Of a DNA stretch of 26,157 bases, positions 24,435 to 26,157 are shown one piece after another. Numbering within the stretch: position 1 is the first letter of the stretch; every line of letters begins with the position of its first letter. The notes beneath the pieces were generated by a model that had not been told where the DNA came from, did not search any database, and saw only the letters and a list, made by a program, of their open reading frames with translations. The stretch comes from a virus (lineage: Duplodnaviria; Caudoviricetes): the IMG/VR virus record IMGVR_UViG_3300027828_000090, positions 1-26,157 of that record, one strand, 5' to 3'. Made by a program: the position numbers and the translations under genes.

Positions 24435-25871
24435 ATGCTGAACCCTGTTCGTGGTTTTGTTTTTGGCGATAGCCAGAGCGTAGAGGGTTTTGATGCGAGT
24501 CACACCCGGAATTGGTATGACGCACTTGGTGCAAGGGTTGACAATGTTTATGCCAATACCGGCGCAACAATGTCGCACTTCCTCAATGGCTTTAATGACT
24601 CACCTCATCAGGGCAAGGGTATTACCGAGTTTCTGAGCGAGAACCTGAATGCGGACGTTGCGTGGTTTTTCTGTGGTGGCAATGACATCCTGAACGGCCT
24701 GTTTAATAGTCAGGCTGCGGCAGATGCTGGTGTTGCCAGTATGATTGCAGACTTTGACTCAATAGTGACCGAGTGCAATGTCGCGGGTGTGAAGCTGATT
24801 GTGGGTATCACGCCTCCCGGCTCTCAGGGCGGCACTTGGGCAGTGGGTGTTACGAACGGTTGGGGCGCTTATTATGAATCTGCTTATGACGCATGGGTGC
24901 AGCACCTTCTAGACGGTCATGCGGCGGGTAAGTTTATTTACGCCGATACCCGTGACCGGATGGAGGCATCTGGTTACGCAATGCAAACCGCTCACATACT
25001 GTCTCCAACAAACATTCACTTTAATGATGTGGGTCGGGGTTTGTTGGGCTGGTATATGCTGCAAGAGACTCAGCGTTTTGAGTTCTGGACAGATGAAGCG
25101 CGGACAGTTGTCGAGCGATATCCCAATGCTACCCGTGACGAGCAGGACGCTATTGCGCGGTTTGTGAATCACTTGGTTGATGCGGGGAACTACTCTTACT
25201 TAGTAGAGGCGTTTCCCTTTGCGCTGTCCGATGACGCTGACCAGTTGCAGGGCATCATGGGTAATCTCGCCACCACTAACAGCACAGTGACTAACGTGGG
25301 CGCGAATGGTGTGCGGTTTGATACCACCTCCGCTTATGTAGACACGGGCATTGTTCCCTTTGACGATCTAACCGCTGACGGTGGCAAGGCTTGTCACGGC
25401 ATTCTAATGACGAGTGTGCCGGATGTATCTGCCGAGGATTGGTTCACTTACTACGGGGCGGCTCAGCCGGGTTCGTTTGGGTTCTTTTTGAACGGCTTCC
25501 GGTTTAGAGATTCAGCGAATGCTCATCAGTATTCTGTAAATTGTCCGGGTCAAGCGTCTGGTGCTGGTGAATTAAATGCGCCTGTATCCGGCAAACTGAT
25601 TCAGGTGGTGCGTGACAGTTCTGCTCCGTGCGATATGCAGGTATATATCAACGGTTCTGTGGCGGCGAGTCAGGACGATGTGGGGCTGTCTCAGACCACT
25701 CAGGCCGCTACCGACCCCATCCTCATCAATGCTTTGAATCAGGATGGAGTGAACGGTAACGATGATACAGGGGCGCAGTGTGCTTTCTGGTTCATCGCGC
25801 AGGAAGGGTATAACCCCACATCGTTCCTTGCTGCTGTGACCCGTCTGCTGCGTGATTTGGGTACGCTATGA
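24435..25871 (+). CDS. SGNH/GDSL-hydrolase-domain virion spike/fibre protein with C-terminal lectin-like domain
   Basis: FGDSQS (block I), GGNDI (block III), NIHFNDVG (block V); beta-rich C-terminus with YVDTGIVP and VYINGS; starts immediately after the spike-base gene. Confidence 0.68.
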   Translation: MLNPVRGFVFGDSQSVEGFDASHTRNWYDALGARVDNVYANTGATMSHFLNGFNDSPHQGKGITEFLSENLNADVAWFFCGGNDILNGLFNSQAAADAGVASMIADFDSIVTECNVAGVKLIVGITPPGSQGGTWAVGVTNGWGAYYESAYDAWVQHLLDGHAAGKFIYADTRDRMEASGYAMQTAHILSPTNIHFNDVGRGLLGWYMLQETQRFEFWTDEARTVVERYPNATRDEQDAIARFVNHLVDAGNYSYLVEAFPFALSDDADQLQGIMGNLATTNSTVTNVGANGVRFDTTSAYVDTGIVPFDDLTADGGKACHGILMTSVPDVSAEDWFTYYGAAQPGSFGFFLNGFRFRDSANAHQYSVNCPGQASGAGELNAPVSGKLIQVVRDSSAPCDMQVYINGSVAASQDDVGLSQTTQAATDPILINALNQDGVNGNDDTGAQCAFWFIAQEGYNPTSFLAAVTRLLRDLGTL

Positions 25872-26157
25872 AGTGGCTAAAGGCTATCTTTGCAACCCCT
25901 GAGACTGCCGGTAAGGTGGTTGACGGGGTTTATAACGGACTAGACAAGGCTTTCTATACCGAAGAGGAAAGAGCGGAGACTGAGAACGGTCTGCGCGAGT
26001 TCTTCTTGAAGTATCTGGAGGCAACCAATCCGCAGAACTTAGCCCGGCGCGTCCTTGCGTTTCTGGTTGCGGGTATCTGGTCTGCTCTCATTATCGCTGC
26101 AACTGTTCTCAGTATCGCAGCGGCTCTACTAGAGAGTGCGACTGCTGCAATGGCGGC
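25868..26157 (+). CDS. holin-like membrane protein (partial, runs off window)
   Basis: ATGA-coupled; MKWLKAIFATPETAGKVVDGVYNGLDKAFYTEEEKAE...ARRVLAFLVAGIWSALIIAATVLSIAAALL. Confidence 0.6.
   Translation, partial: MKWLKAIFATPETAGKVVDGVYNGLDKAFYTEEERAETENGLREFFLKYLEATNPQNLARRVLAFLVAGIWSALIIAATVLSIAAALLESATAAMA

Noticed and set aside
528-25172. Remaining short minus-strand and alternate-frame ORFs in the track
   Set aside because: They overlap well-supported, tightly tiled plus-strand genes and lack recognisable motifs.
18972-25871. Diversity-generating retroelement targeting tail or spike genes
   Set aside because: No reverse transcriptase, and no template/variable repeat pair was seen within the window.
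1-26157. Stop-codon reassignment
   Set aside because: All core genes are full length under the standard bacterial code, and TAA, TAG and TGA are all used as stops.

Overview
A 26-kb, single-direction (+ strand) segment of a lambdoid/HK97-like siphophage or prophage. It runs from the end of the nin/accessory region (DNA methyltransferase, NinG-like nuclease, Q-like late regulator) through packaging (HNH, candidate cos, terS, terL), head (portal, ClpP-type protease, HK97-fold capsid), neck and tail (tube, frameshifted chaperone, tape measure, distal tail, tip). It ends with lysis-type genes, a HExxH/metallophosphoesterase/DUF3310 block and a GTA-like head-spike pair. Three items stand out. (1) An 80-nt RNA (7617-7696) has the complete alanine-identity tRNA-like domain of tmRNA but no mRNA-like domain; it fills the gap between a methylase stop codon and a terL gene that lacks a Shine-Dalgarno (SD). 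(2) Two glycosyltransferase-like genes and a small-molecule methyltransferase sit inside the late operon, and outward-facing virion proteins carry a recurring Ser-Pro dipeptide, suggesting a virion O-glycosylation system. (3) An A-gene-B/A-gene-B recombination scar at the left end keeps translational coupling through an in-frame chimeric mini-ORF. Family assignments come from motif recognition and gene order by eye; no database searches were run.
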